Positions 37,516 through 47,273 of a DNA stretch of 64,000 nucleotides are shown one piece after another. The position numbers and the translations under genes are program-made. The first letter of the stretch is position 1. Each line of letters begins with the position of its first letter. The notes below the pieces were generated by a model. That model did not search any database, was not told the origin of the DNA, and saw nothing but the letters and a program-made list of their open reading frames with translations. Source of the stretch: Candidatus Woesearchaeota archaeon. GTDB taxonomy: Archaea > Nanobdellota > Nanobdellia > Pacearchaeales > UBA284. Where the stretch lies: the NCBI GenBank assembly GCA_964354405.1, contig CAYGZP010000002.1, positions 71,671-135,670 on the forward strand. Reading direction: 5' to 3'.

Positions 37516-39081
37516 ATGGCTCTGCCACCACCATCATTCAAAGCTTCCGCGCTTCCCAAACCCGCCCATCCTGTAATAAATCTTAACCCGGAGATTCCTC
37601 GGCTGCGAAGGGTTGAAGACAAGACAAAAATTAATGTAAGATATGCATTGATTGTTCCTCATGCAACTGTGCATATATACTGGAATCCGAACATCGGCGA
37701 GGTTATCTATGAGATTGAAGAGCCCCTTCTGAACGAAACCGAAGTCAAGATTCTTGGCGAGTTGGAGACAGGGATGTATGAATTGATTAATCTTGGAGCT
37801 GTAGTTGAAAAAACCCAAGAAGCATTGCTAAGTTATCTCGAGAAGATGGCAAGATTGCTGTTGAAAGAGCTTGGAAGAAGCATCAATGAGGAGAGTTATG
37901 GCAGAATTTTCTACTATCTATATCGCGACTTCATAGGATTGAATGAAATCGAACCAATGTTGCGCGATTTTTTCATTGAAGATATTGAGTGCAACGGAGT
38001 CGGAACTCCAGTATATGTTGTTCACCGAGTCTATCGAAACCTAAGGACAAATTTAATCTACAAAGATATGAACAGGGCCGCGAGTTTCGTAGAAAAGTTA
38101 GCACAAAGATGCGGGCGCTATGTTTCATATGCCTCCCCACTCTTGGATGGAACTCTTCCAGATGGCTCAAGAGTCAATGCAACTTACACAACAGAAGTCT
38201 CAAGCAGGGGGCCAACATTCACAATAAGAAAATTCACAAAAGTCCCTTGGACGCCTGTTCAACTTATCTCAATGAATACTCTCTCGCCAGAAATGTTAGC
38301 TTATTTCTGGATATTGATGCAATATAAGTGTAACATTCTTGTGGCAGGAGGCACTGGCTCGGGCAAGACATCCTTGCTAAATGCATTTGCGTTTTTCATT
38401 CCTCCAGAAGCGCGAGTTGTTTCAGTTGAAGACACTCGTGAGATTAATTTGCCAAGAGAAAACTGGCTGCCAAGTGTCGCGAGAACAGGACTTCCAGGAG
38501 GAGTTGGAGAGGTAGATATGTTCGCCCTGCTCAAAGAAAGCTTCAGGCAAAATCCAGATTATGTTATTGTTGGAGAAGTCAGAGGAAAAGAAGCCTTTGT
38601 ATTATTCCAGGCAATGGCATCTGGCCACCCAAGCTTGAGCACAATGCACGCAGAATCAGTTGAAACAGTGATTCGAAGATTAGAAACCCCGCCGATTAAC
38701 TTGAGCCCAACACTAGTCAATAGCTTGGACGCAGTTGCTATAATGACTCATGCACTCGTGGGCAAGCAGGAAACAAGACGATTGAAAGAAATAGTTGAAG
38801 TTATCGATGTCACAGCAGAAGGTGTCGCAGTAACCAACACTCCATTTGCATGGAATCCTGCAGAGGATAAATTTTATTTCAAGACAGAGAGCAAAGTTTT
38901 CGAGAAGATAATAAAACGATATGGCTTGAAGAAAGAACAACTCGCAGAGGAATTCAAATTAAGAACAAAGTTGCTTTACACATTATTCAAGAAAAAAATA
39001 TTTGATTTTGAAACAGTACAGAAAATAATCAATGAGTATTACAAGAACCCTTCAGGTGTATTGAAAAGATACTCCATATAA
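37516..39081 (+). CDS. type IV pilus/archaellum-family secretion ATPase (TadA/FlaI/PilB-like)
   Basis: 521 aa; Walker A VAGGTGSGKTSLLNA, Asp/His boxes (VVSVEDTREI, GEVRGKEA) and a GHPSLSTMHA motif, as in the VirB11/FlaI superfamily. Confidence 0.8.
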   Translation: MALPPPSFKASALPKPAHPVINLNPEIPRLRRVEDKTKINVRYALIVPHATVHIYWNPNIGEVIYEIEEPLLNETEVKILGELETGMYELINLGAVVEKTQEALLSYLEKMARLLLKELGRSINEESYGRIFYYLYRDFIGLNEIEPMLRDFFIEDIECNGVGTPVYVVHRVYRNLRTNLIYKDMNRAASFVEKLAQRCGRYVSYASPLLDGTLPDGSRVNATYTTEVSSRGPTFTIRKFTKVPWTPVQLISMNTLSPEMLAYFWILMQYKCNILVAGGTGSGKTSLLNAFAFFIPPEARVVSVEDTREINLPRENWLPSVARTGLPGGVGEVDMFALLKESFRQNPDYVIVGEVRGKEAFVLFQAMASGHPSLSTMHAESVETVIRRLETPPINLSPTLVNSLDAVAIMTHALVGKQETRRLKEIVEVIDVTAEGVAVTNTPFAWNPAEDKFYFKTESKVFEKIIKRYGLKKEQLAEEFKLRTKLLYTLFKKKIFDFETVQKIINEYYKNPSGVLKRYSI

Positions 39082-39113
39082 ATCGATATAATCACCCAAA
39101 AAAATAAGTAAAA

Positions 39114-39290
39114 ATGATAACACAGCAAAAGATAACTTTTATTCTGCAGCTCGTGAATTCAACACAAGAAGTTCTAGCAGCTTTGGAAAAAGCCGCAAGA
39201 CAGGGCTTCAAGCCCGAGTTCGAGTCAGTAAAGCAAGAGTTGTTGAATATGCTTAATGAAGTAAAAGGAGAAATCAAGAATTTGAGATAA
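39114..39290 (+). CDS. possible small helical ORF (58 aa), not in track
   Basis: ATG-to-TAA ORF between the ATPase and platform genes (MITQQKITFILQLVNSTQEVLAALEKAARQGF...); no upstream SD is evident. Confidence 0.25.
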   Translation: MITQQKITFILQLVNSTQEVLAALEKAARQGFKPEFESVKQELLNMLNEVKGEIKNLR

Positions 39291-39324
39291 GATAAAAAAT
39301 AAAGCAAAGTAAAATGATAAAAAA

Positions 39325-40623
39325 ATGCAAGAGATAGTTAAGATAAAAGCAAATTTGGAACAGGCAAAGAAAATATTGCAGGAGTTGAACTCTGTTGCTC
39401 TAGCTAACACAAGAGCAAAGATAGATGAGCGAACACTTTTAGAAAAAACTTCCAAATCTCTTGTAGACCAATTATCCATGCTCTATGAACCTCTGCCAAG
39501 TCTCGCACAAAATATAATTTATGAAGGCAAGCGAGCTCCTGAGAAGCCCACAGCAAAAAAAGAAACAACAATTGTTGAAGTCGAGAGAATTCCAACAGCA
39601 GGCGGCTCAGTATATGTCACAACAGAAGGAAAAGAAAAGTTTCTTGAAGAATTAAATCTAAGCTCAAAGCAACTTAAAGAGGCGAAAGCAAAAATATTCA
39701 AGAAAAAAGGGAAAGAGAAAGAGCAAGAAGATATAACATTTGGTATAAAACCCTCGAGTCTTGGAGCATTTTCAAGCAAGCTTTTCGGCGAGTTTTCATC
39801 AGGCCTGACTAAAGCCTCGTTATTCAAAAGCGTCGAGAGAGACTTGAGAAAAGCGAACATGCCATTCATGCTCTCTACTTATATCTCCATAATATTTTTC
39901 TGGACTTTCCTCGCATTCTTTGTTTCATTGATTGTCGCGCTGGCAGTAAGCTTTGCGATGAACGAAGCCATTCTTGGAATAGTGAGAAATATTGGTTTAG
40001 GGGTGCTCGCCACTGTTGTTGTGTTTCTTGTAGCGCTGACATATCCTGCTAACATCGCAGGGGGCAACAGAAGAAAGATTAACTCTGAGCTTCCTTTCGC
40101 AGCAGCGCACATGGCAGCGATAGCCTCAAGTAAAGTTGAGCCTTCAAAAATTTTCGCGATAATGGCTCTGACAAAAGAATATAAAGCATTTGGCGCCGAG
40201 ATTCGCAAAATTGTGAATCAGATAAATGTCTATGGCTATGATTTAACAACAGCTTTGAGAAACGCAGCTAAAACCAGCCCAAGCAAAAGACTCGCGGACT
40301 TGTTCGGCGGCATGGTCACAACAATCACAACCGGAGGCAACTTGACAACATATCTCCAGGAAAAATCCAAATCTCTTTTAATTGATTACAGGCTCAGCCA
40401 CGAGCGTTACACAAATGTTATAGGGATGTATTCTGACATCTACACCGCGCTGCTTATTGCCGCTCCTCTAATCTTCATGCTTCTCTTGGCAATAATCTCA
40501 ATCATGGGCTCGACTTTCTTGGCAATGGATATCACAACTCTCGCTAATCTTGGGATAATTATCATTGCCGCACTCAACATATTATTTCTGGTATTCCTTA
40601 AATTCACCCAACCCGAAGTTTAA
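39325..40623 (+). CDS. T2SS-F domain membrane platform protein (TadC/FlaJ-like)
   Basis: 432 aa; soluble N-terminal region then TM helices flanking a cytoplasmic T2SSF-type domain (LPFAAAHMAAIASSKVEP...YLQEKSKSLL). Confidence 0.65.
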   Translation: MQEIVKIKANLEQAKKILQELNSVALANTRAKIDERTLLEKTSKSLVDQLSMLYEPLPSLAQNIIYEGKRAPEKPTAKKETTIVEVERIPTAGGSVYVTTEGKEKFLEELNLSSKQLKEAKAKIFKKKGKEKEQEDITFGIKPSSLGAFSSKLFGEFSSGLTKASLFKSVERDLRKANMPFMLSTYISIIFFWTFLAFFVSLIVALAVSFAMNEAILGIVRNIGLGVLATVVVFLVALTYPANIAGGNRRKINSELPFAAAHMAAIASSKVEPSKIFAIMALTKEYKAFGAEIRKIVNQINVYGYDLTTALRNAAKTSPSKRLADLFGGMVTTITTGGNLTTYLQEKSKSLLIDYRLSHERYTNVIGMYSDIYTALLIAAPLIFMLLLAIISIMGSTFLAMDITTLANLGIIIIAALNILFLVFLKFTQPEV

Positions 40624-40655
40624 AAAATTTCAAAAAAAAGAAAATAAAAAATAAA

Positions 40656-41510
40656 ATGATAAGCAAACCACAAATCACAGGCATTATAATAGGATTAGTC
40701 ATGGCTATCCTTAGCTATATTATTTTTCCCCAGTCAAAAATATTCTGGTTTTTGCTAGGCATTTCAATACTTGTCGCCGGCATCCCATTCCTCGCATCAA
40801 TGATAGTTGAGAGGGGCAGAGAGAAAGAAAAAGAAGAATTGTTCCTTGCTTTTGCTCTTGATTTAGTAGAAAGTGTCAAGGCTGGCGCCCCAATTTCAAA
40901 GAGCATTGTTCAAATAGCTCAGAAAGATTATGGCTCGCTAACCCCGCATGTAAAGAAACTCGCGAATCAGGTTGCTCTTGCCATTCCAGTAAGACAAGCT
41001 CTAAGAACTTTTGCTTCTGACATAAACAATAAAGTCATCTCGCGCAGTATCGAGCTCATAATTGAAGCCGAGGCTTCTGGAGGAGAGATAGGCAAGATAA
41101 TTGATGCAGTTGTCAAGAGCGTTACAGAAATAGAGGATTTGAAAAAAGAACGAGCCTCAAGAATCTTTGGCATGGTTGTCCAAGGATATATCATCTTTTT
41201 CATATTCGTTGCTATAATGTTGTTTGTTGAAATCAAGTTCATGCCTTTAATCACTGGCGCGCTATCAGGAACACAGATGCCTACAGGCACAGTCGGAGTA
41301 GGAAGCACAAGTTTCACTTTAGGAGGAAGCGTTTCACAAGCCATAATCGAACGTTCATTTTTCATCCTATTGCTCATGCAAGCATTGTTCGCAGGCTTAG
41401 TTATAGGAAAGTTAAGCGAGGGCTCAATCAAGTATGGAATCAAACACAGCGCCATTCTCTTGGCAGTCGCTTATCTTACTGTGACAGCTGCTCGAGCGCT
41501 CGTGGCATAA
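40656..41510 (+). CDS. T2SS-F domain membrane platform protein (TadB/FlaJ-like)
   Basis: 284 aa; TM helices flanking a T2SSF-like helical domain (ALDLVESVKAGAPISKSIVQIA...). Confidence 0.6.
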   Translation: MISKPQITGIIIGLVMAILSYIIFPQSKIFWFLLGISILVAGIPFLASMIVERGREKEKEELFLAFALDLVESVKAGAPISKSIVQIAQKDYGSLTPHVKKLANQVALAIPVRQALRTFASDINNKVISRSIELIIEAEASGGEIGKIIDAVVKSVTEIEDLKKERASRIFGMVVQGYIIFFIFVAIMLFVEIKFMPLITGALSGTQMPTGTVGVGSTSFTLGGSVSQAIIERSFFILLLMQALFAGLVIGKLSEGSIKYGIKHSAILLAVAYLTVTAARALVA

Positions 41511-41541
41511 AGTGCATAATTCTTTTACTTTTCAATAAATT

Positions 41542-42816
41542 TCAATACACTTGTTTTCCCCATCTGACTTTTTTTCTTAGAATCCATTTGTATGCGATTG
41601 TGTAAAGCCACCAACCAGGGAATATCAGCCAGTAAGTCAGGAAGAAATACAAATAAGCCAAGCCCAAGTTTCCTTTATCTTTTGATTGGCTCTTCCCTAT
41701 ATACAAAACAATCATCGACAAGACAATACCAACAAGCATAAACACAATAAAAGGATTGGTAATATAGCTATACAAGAACTCCATAACATCGCGCCATTTA
41801 AAATTGTATAAAAATGGGCTTATATCAAAATTCGTGACAAAAAATCTTACAACCATGTCTTTCGCACTGATGAAAGCCTGATAAAACAGGACAAAAAGCA
41901 TTGCAAATGCTATGAGCACAGCCGCGAATGCAGAAGGCAATATCAATACAGCAAGATTATCCCATCTCTTTGGAGGAAATAATTCTGGATAATTAAAAGC
42001 GTTCTTAGTAAATCCATAATACCATCTCAATCTCTGTTTGAAAACACTCGCAAAACTGTGCGGCTGCTTTACATACACGCATGCACTCATGCTGTTCTTG
42101 ATTTTGTAGCCTTTGGCCTGGATTCTCAATGCAATTTCAGTGTCTTCAGTTGGATTATGCTCGTCAAAATATCCATGTTTCTCGAAAAAGCTTCTCCTAT
42201 ATACAGAGAATGGCCCTGGGATAATATGGATTGCCTCATTCAAGTCAAAGACTTTTCTCAAATAAATCCCCAGCATAAATTCCGCGAGCTGCAGATGAAG
42301 CCAGAAACCTTTTGGCTTGTGAAGGCTCATTGCCGGGGTGACTGAAGCAACTTTCTTGTCTTCATCAAAATATCCAAGCATTTTTTTCAACGAGTCTGGA
42401 GCGACAAAAGAATCAGCATCCATGCTAACGACAAATTCTCCATGAGCTCTTTTCAGTCCATGATTCATTGCGCTGCCCTTGCCCCCGTTCTCCTTGCTAT
42501 AAAGTTTGATGTCTCGATTTCTATACTTTACAATAATCTGTTTCACAATAGAAGCTGTGCGGTCAGTGCTGCCGTCATTCACAACAATTATCTCTATTTT
42601 TTCTTTGGGATAATCCAAGTCAAGCAAAGTTTGAATTGTTCTCGCGATTGTCTTCTCCTCATTCCAAACCGGAACTACAACAGAGACTTTAGGAAATCGC
42701 TTTAATGGAGGATCTTCCAATTTTGATAAATTCTCCAGATAACTCAGTAAAAAGAATACAGAAGTAAACAGTCCAACATAAACTCCTATGTACAAGATGA
42801 TATGTGTCCACAACAT
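41542..42816 (-). CDS. processive family-2 glycosyltransferase (cellulose/chitin/PNAG-synthase-like, membrane-integrated)
   Basis: 424 aa; VVVPVWNEE...VVNDGSTDRT, DADS (DxD), QRLRW (QxxRW) motifs plus multiple C-terminal TM helices. Confidence 0.75.
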   Translation of the reverse strand: MLWTHIILYIGVYVGLFTSVFFLLSYLENLSKLEDPPLKRFPKVSVVVPVWNEEKTIARTIQTLLDLDYPKEKIEIIVVNDGSTDRTASIVKQIIVKYRNRDIKLYSKENGGKGSAMNHGLKRAHGEFVVSMDADSFVAPDSLKKMLGYFDEDKKVASVTPAMSLHKPKGFWLHLQLAEFMLGIYLRKVFDLNEAIHIIPGPFSVYRRSFFEKHGYFDEHNPTEDTEIALRIQAKGYKIKNSMSACVYVKQPHSFASVFKQRLRWYYGFTKNAFNYPELFPPKRWDNLAVLILPSAFAAVLIAFAMLFVLFYQAFISAKDMVVRFFVTNFDISPFLYNFKWRDVMEFLYSYITNPFIVFMLVGIVLSMIVLYIGKSQSKDKGNLGLAYLYFFLTYWLIFPGWWLYTIAYKWILRKKVRWGKQVY

Positions 42817-42964
42817 TTTTGATAAACCACAGATATAAGTCCAACTTTTATTTTTATAGATTTATGTACAATAATATATAACATTAATAATAACAAAAAT
42901 ATATAATTTAATTCTTATATCGCAGTTTAATTATATTTAAATACAATCCAGCACATTAATAAAC

Positions 42965-43639
42965 ATGGCTAAGGAAAAGGGTAAGAAAAGCAAGGGAGAC
43001 AGAAAAGGCACTACAAGCAGATATATAGTTACATTTTCTTTCGCAACTTTACTTTTCATAATAGGAATTCTCATAGGCTCGGCAATAACAGCCACTAAAG
43101 TAGAAAATATGATAAACACCCGCGAGGAATTAAGATTGGAGATGCTTGATTTAGAGCTCCAAGGTGCATTAGCAGAACAAAATCCTTGCGGCAATTATGT
43201 TGTATATGGCTTGGGCGAGAAACTTGATGATTTGGGCACAAGATTAACAATGTTGGAAGATCAATTGGGCAAGAGCGATTCAAGAGTCATTGAACTGAAA
43301 CAGCCCTACACTTTATTGATGATACAGCACTATATCTTAATAAAGAAGCGAGTTGAGAAATGCAATGAAAACTATCATATAGCTTTATTTTTCTATTCAA
43401 ACAAGCCCGAGTTTGTTGAAGACAGCAAGAAACAGGGTTTTGTTCTCAGCTATTTGGCCAAAAAATATGGTTATGAGCAAGTGAAGGTTTATTCATTAGA
43501 TGTTGATTTGAACATGGGAGTTGTCAATACATTAAAGGAGATGTATAATGTCTCAACAGTGCCAACAACAGTGTTCAATGACAAAGTTTATTCGGGTTAT
43601 CATGAGTCAGAAGAATTCGAAAAAGAATTCATTGCGTAG
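42965..43639 (+). CDS. hypothetical single-TM protein within glycosylation cluster
   Basis: 224 aa; N-terminal TM (IVTFSFATLLFIIGILIGSAI), coiled region and a C-terminal alpha/beta region with a VPTTVF cis-Pro-like loop but no CxxC. Confidence 0.3.
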   Translation: MAKEKGKKSKGDRKGTTSRYIVTFSFATLLFIIGILIGSAITATKVENMINTREELRLEMLDLELQGALAEQNPCGNYVVYGLGEKLDDLGTRLTMLEDQLGKSDSRVIELKQPYTLLMIQHYILIKKRVEKCNENYHIALFFYSNKPEFVEDSKKQGFVLSYLAKKYGYEQVKVYSLDVDLNMGVVNTLKEMYNVSTVPTTVFNDKVYSGYHESEEFEKEFIA

Positions 43640-45119
43640 ATGGCATAAGATAATTTGTAGAATAAAGATATATTCTTCTACCGCACTTGTCAAAAAATTC
43701 TTTTTCTAATTTTAAGATATTACTCTTGTCTAATATTTCTTTATCAAATTTAGTTCCTATACTGTCGCTATAGATAACATATGGCGCTTTATATTGGTCT
43801 ACCAGCGCAATTATATTATCACTCCAAAAAGTAAACGCTTTGACATTTAAAGAATAACCGAACCATGGCCAAGCATTGCTTAGGATAGTATCATTCTCAT
43901 TTAACCTGTAATCTGCATCGTTTTTCAAATAGTCTATTGCTTGAGAAATTGAACTATTCTTCCCGCAAACATATTTTTCTTTAAGTAAAGCATAGGCGAT
44001 TAAAAGATTGAAAAATAAAGATAAAACAATTAATCCTATCACAATCATAAAAATTATTTTTCTGAAATTTATTTTTTTCTTGTTAAACCACCCAAACAGG
44101 GAAGTAAAACCCCTGAACGCAATCAAGTAGACGAAAGGCAAGAATGCAAAATAATAGCGCTCGTCCTTGAGCTTTACAAAAAACAGATAGTAAACTAAGG
44201 ACAACAAAACATAAATTAAAATCAGAAGGTTTAATCTTTCATCTTTTCTGTTTTTCCTTGCAAGAGAATATAGACTCGCGTATAACCCTATAATCAAGAA
44301 GACAGGCACTAAAAAATTAGTAAAAAAGAAAAGATTCCAGACTTGTTTCATAATTGGCTCAGGAGAGGTGTAAGTCTGTACAACTGAGTACAATGCTCTT
44401 AAATCCCAAATAGGATTATTATAATTAACCTGATTGTAGATGAGCCAGGGCGATAGTGCTATTAAAAAAGCGAGAGCAAAAATCAAAAGATGCTTGATTC
44501 TTTTTTTGATTATAAGATAGATTGAAAGAGAAATCGCAAAAAGAAAAAGAGGGAATCTTGTTAAGAAGGCTAATGCCGAGAAAACCCCGGCTAAAGCAAC
44601 AAATACCAAGCAGCTTTTTTTGTTCTGTTTTTCCTCACTCTTCATGATAAAATAAAAAGCGAGAGTAACAAAAAACATCGCAGGGATGTCTGCATAGACA
44701 TGCAGGCCCCAGACCAAGAGCAACGGTGACAGAGCAAAAAGACTGCAAAGCAGAAGCGAAAGTTGCCACGAGAAATATTTTTTTCCTATCACATAAACCA
44801 AAAAAACTGTTGCGAGGGTCATTAAGATAATAACCATTCTTGCAATGAACACGTTTTCGCCAGTAAAAACCCATGCCAGAGCTATAATCCATTCAAGAAG
44901 GGGGAATCTAAAATCTTCAGTGAAGTTGCTCTGGGTAATATGGCTTCTCGCATTTCCCAAATAAACATTTTCATCCCATAAAAGTCCCAAGTTGCTTAAA
45001 TTTAAAAACAGAAAAAAAGCAAAAAAAATCAAAAGAACAATCCAGATAATCCATTTCTTTTCTTTATTTGTTTTTTCCCTGAATTTTTTGATATTTCTTT
45101 TCATTTCCATACCCACCAT
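43629..45119 (-). CDS. GT-C fold glycosyltransferase (ArnT/PMT, GT39/GT83-like)
   Basis: 496 aa polytopic membrane protein; first-loop WDENVYL (DE motif) typical of ArnT/PMT-family GT-C enzymes that use polyprenyl-phosphate sugar donors. Confidence 0.6.
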   Translation of the reverse strand: MVGMEMKRNIKKFREKTNKEKKWIIWIVLLIFFAFFLFLNLSNLGLLWDENVYLGNARSHITQSNFTEDFRFPLLEWIIALAWVFTGENVFIARMVIILMTLATVFLVYVIGKKYFSWQLSLLLCSLFALSPLLLVWGLHVYADIPAMFFVTLAFYFIMKSEEKQNKKSCLVFVALAGVFSALAFLTRFPLFLFAISLSIYLIIKKRIKHLLIFALAFLIALSPWLIYNQVNYNNPIWDLRALYSVVQTYTSPEPIMKQVWNLFFFTNFLVPVFLIIGLYASLYSLARKNRKDERLNLLILIYVLLSLVYYLFFVKLKDERYYFAFLPFVYLIAFRGFTSLFGWFNKKKINFRKIIFMIVIGLIVLSLFFNLLIAYALLKEKYVCGKNSSISQAIDYLKNDADYRLNENDTILSNAWPWFGYSLNVKAFTFWSDNIIALVDQYKAPYVIYSDSIGTKFDKEILDKSNILKLEKEFFDKCGRRIYLYSTNYLMPSTQ

Positions 45120-46192
45120 AAACTTATAAGATATGCAAAAATTGTTGCTAAAGCTATCCCTATAAGATTAGAAACAAGATAATGCAAACCAAGTGAAGTT
45201 AATATCCATAAAGCTCCAAAATTAATTATTAATGTAAATATCCTAGCTAAATTGAACTTCCCAAGTCTCATAAGAAATTTTCCTTTTCTTTCTCTCTTAA
45301 AAGTCCATATATCATTTAAAATAAAATTGGATAATATAGAAATTTCTATAGCAATAATGCTCGAGAACAAATAAAATAATCCTGCAAACTCTGTCAGGAG
45401 CCAAAGCAACCCTTCGTTCACAAAAATGCCACTTAATCCTACAGCACCAAACTTTAGAAAACGCTTATGTTCCTTAGAATATATAGCAAGTTTCAATAAA
45501 TGTCTTACTGCCAAGATAGTCTGCTTCAAGCTAAACTTACTTTTACCCCTTTCTCTATTTTTAAAATTAAAGGGGATTTCTACTACCTTATTGTAATCTC
45601 CTTTTGCTAATATCTCTAATAATATTTTAAAACCTTGGGGTTTAAGTTTAGTTTTTTTGATTACACTTCTCCTGAAAGCAAAAAATCCGGTTGAAGGATC
45701 TTTGATATGGCTTGTTTTAGGTACTGCAATATGTGCAAGAAAACAAAAAACCCTGGATACAAAAGTTCTCCAAAGGCCAAAATTAACTTTTGAGCCCTTC
45801 ATTAATCTCGACGCTATAACAATGTCATTTCCTTTTTCCAAATTTTTGATTAATTTTGGAATCAACTCAGGGAGATGCTGCAAATCCGCATCCATCACTA
45901 CAACAATCTCGCCTTTTGTTTTAGGTAAAACATTAACTATAGCATTGCTCAAGTCAGTATTGCCGGTTTGTATCGCTCTAATGGGCCACCCATATCTTGA
46001 AGCCAAACGTTTAGCCATGTTTACTGTGTCATCTTTGCTATTGCTATCTGCTACAATAATTTCATAATTTTTTAAGTGCAATTTTGCGATTCTTTTAAAT
46101 AGAATTTCGAGATTTTGGGATTCGTTCAATGTAGGCACTATAATAGATATCATAAAACATCGAAAAATATTAAAAGTTATAAATCTTGCCAT
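45101..46192 (-). CDS. polyprenyl-phosphate hexose synthase (Dpm1/GT2-like) fused to GtrA-like TM domain
   Basis: 363 aa; ISIIVPTLNE...VADSNSKDDT, DADLQH motifs, and a C-terminal four-TM GtrA-like domain (KFGAVGLSGIFVNEGLLWLL...). Confidence 0.7.
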   Translation of the reverse strand: MARFITFNIFRCFMISIIVPTLNESQNLEILFKRIAKLHLKNYEIIVADSNSKDDTVNMAKRLASRYGWPIRAIQTGNTDLSNAIVNVLPKTKGEIVVVMDADLQHLPELIPKLIKNLEKGNDIVIASRLMKGSKVNFGLWRTFVSRVFCFLAHIAVPKTSHIKDPSTGFFAFRRSVIKKTKLKPQGFKILLEILAKGDYNKVVEIPFNFKNRERGKSKFSLKQTILAVRHLLKLAIYSKEHKRFLKFGAVGLSGIFVNEGLLWLLTEFAGLFYLFSSIIAIEISILSNFILNDIWTFKRERKGKFLMRLGKFNLARIFTLIINFGALWILTSLGLHYLVSNLIGIALATIFAYLISLWWVWK

Positions 46193-46208
46193 CTCTTGCT
46201 TTTAAAAA

Positions 46209-46949
46209 ATGTTCGAATCAATAAAACTGTCTAATGAAAAAGAAGAAGGGTGCGAAGAGTGCTTGGCAAGGGCTTACTTGATTGAGGCGATAATTGACGG
46301 CCAGCAAAAGCGGCTTTGCAATAAATGTATTGTGGCTAATAATGCGATTGTTCTGAAAGGGCCGAAGCATATAGAGATGGACATAATCAACAGACCATCT
46401 GTCCGCGATGCAATCTTCAGAGCATCAGGGATGCATCCCCATCCTATTCAACCAACATATCGCGAAGCCAAGCTCGAGGACTTGCGCGAGCGTTATGAGG
46501 AAGTGAAGAAAAAGAAAGCAGAGGAGCAGGCAAAGCTAATGAGTATAGTGCTCCCAAAAAGAGAGAACCCCAAAGTCTTGGATGAAAAAGATTTCATTAA
46601 CTATATGAAATCTCTGCCTCCAGAGCAAACTAAATCTCAAACAACTTCACAAACTTCTCAAACCCCTTCTTCACAAATATCTCCCTCAATCCAACCTCCA
46701 CAGCCAATTCAACCAACCCCTCCCATTCAGCCCATTCAACCTTTATCTCCTTCCTCTCCTTCTCCTCAGCCAATTTCCCCTAAGCCAGTTCAACCAGAAA
46801 AAGGCGGCGGGAAAAAAATTCTTGATTTTAGCATAGAGGGCGCGAGAAGAACAAGAATCCGCGATCTTTTGGAAAGCATGCAGAAAAAAGACGATGATGC
46901 AGATGCCCAAAATTTAGAGAAAGAGAAAAAGCGAGAGGAAAAAGTTTAA
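46209..46949 (+). CDS. zinc-ribbon protein with Pro/Gln/Ser-rich disordered region
   Basis: 246 aa; CEEC...x20...CNKC ribbon at the N-terminus; PQPIQPTPPIQPIQPLSPSSPSPQPISPKPVQP low-complexity tract; acidic/basic C-terminus. Confidence 0.4.
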   Translation: MFESIKLSNEKEEGCEECLARAYLIEAIIDGQQKRLCNKCIVANNAIVLKGPKHIEMDIINRPSVRDAIFRASGMHPHPIQPTYREAKLEDLRERYEEVKKKKAEEQAKLMSIVLPKRENPKVLDEKDFINYMKSLPPEQTKSQTTSQTSQTPSSQISPSIQPPQPIQPTPPIQPIQPLSPSSPSPQPISPKPVQPEKGGGKKILDFSIEGARRTRIRDLLESMQKKDDDADAQNLEKEKKREEKV

Positions 46950-46985
46950 ATATCAAGTTTAAGACATTCTATTGTAACCATTAAG

Positions 46986-47258
46986 ATGGACATTAAAATA
47001 ATCAAAAAGGAAAAGAATTATATTGAAATCGAGTTGAATGATTTGACAGTTGCCGAGTTGCTCAGAGATACTTTATGGCAGGACAAAGCCACTGAACTTG
47101 CGGCATGGAAGCGCGAGCATCCAAGTAAAAACCCGCATCTAATTCTTAGAACCCAAGGCAAAGAAGCCAAGAAAGTTCTTTTAGACACAATAGAACGAGT
47201 TCAAAAATTGAACACTGAGATGCTCTCAGAATTCAAAAAAGCCATGAAAGGCAAATAA
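46986..47258 (+). CDS. rpoL: DNA-directed RNA polymerase subunit L (Rpo11)-like
   Basis: 90 aa; IEIELNDLTVAELLRDTL...AAWKREHPSKNPHLILRTQGKEAKKVLLDTIERV parallels the RpoL/Rpb11 pattern. Confidence 0.5.
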   Translation: MDIKIIKKEKNYIEIELNDLTVAELLRDTLWQDKATELAAWKREHPSKNPHLILRTQGKEAKKVLLDTIERVQKLNTEMLSEFKKAMKGK

Positions 47259-47273
47259 AGAAAGAGGAAAAAA

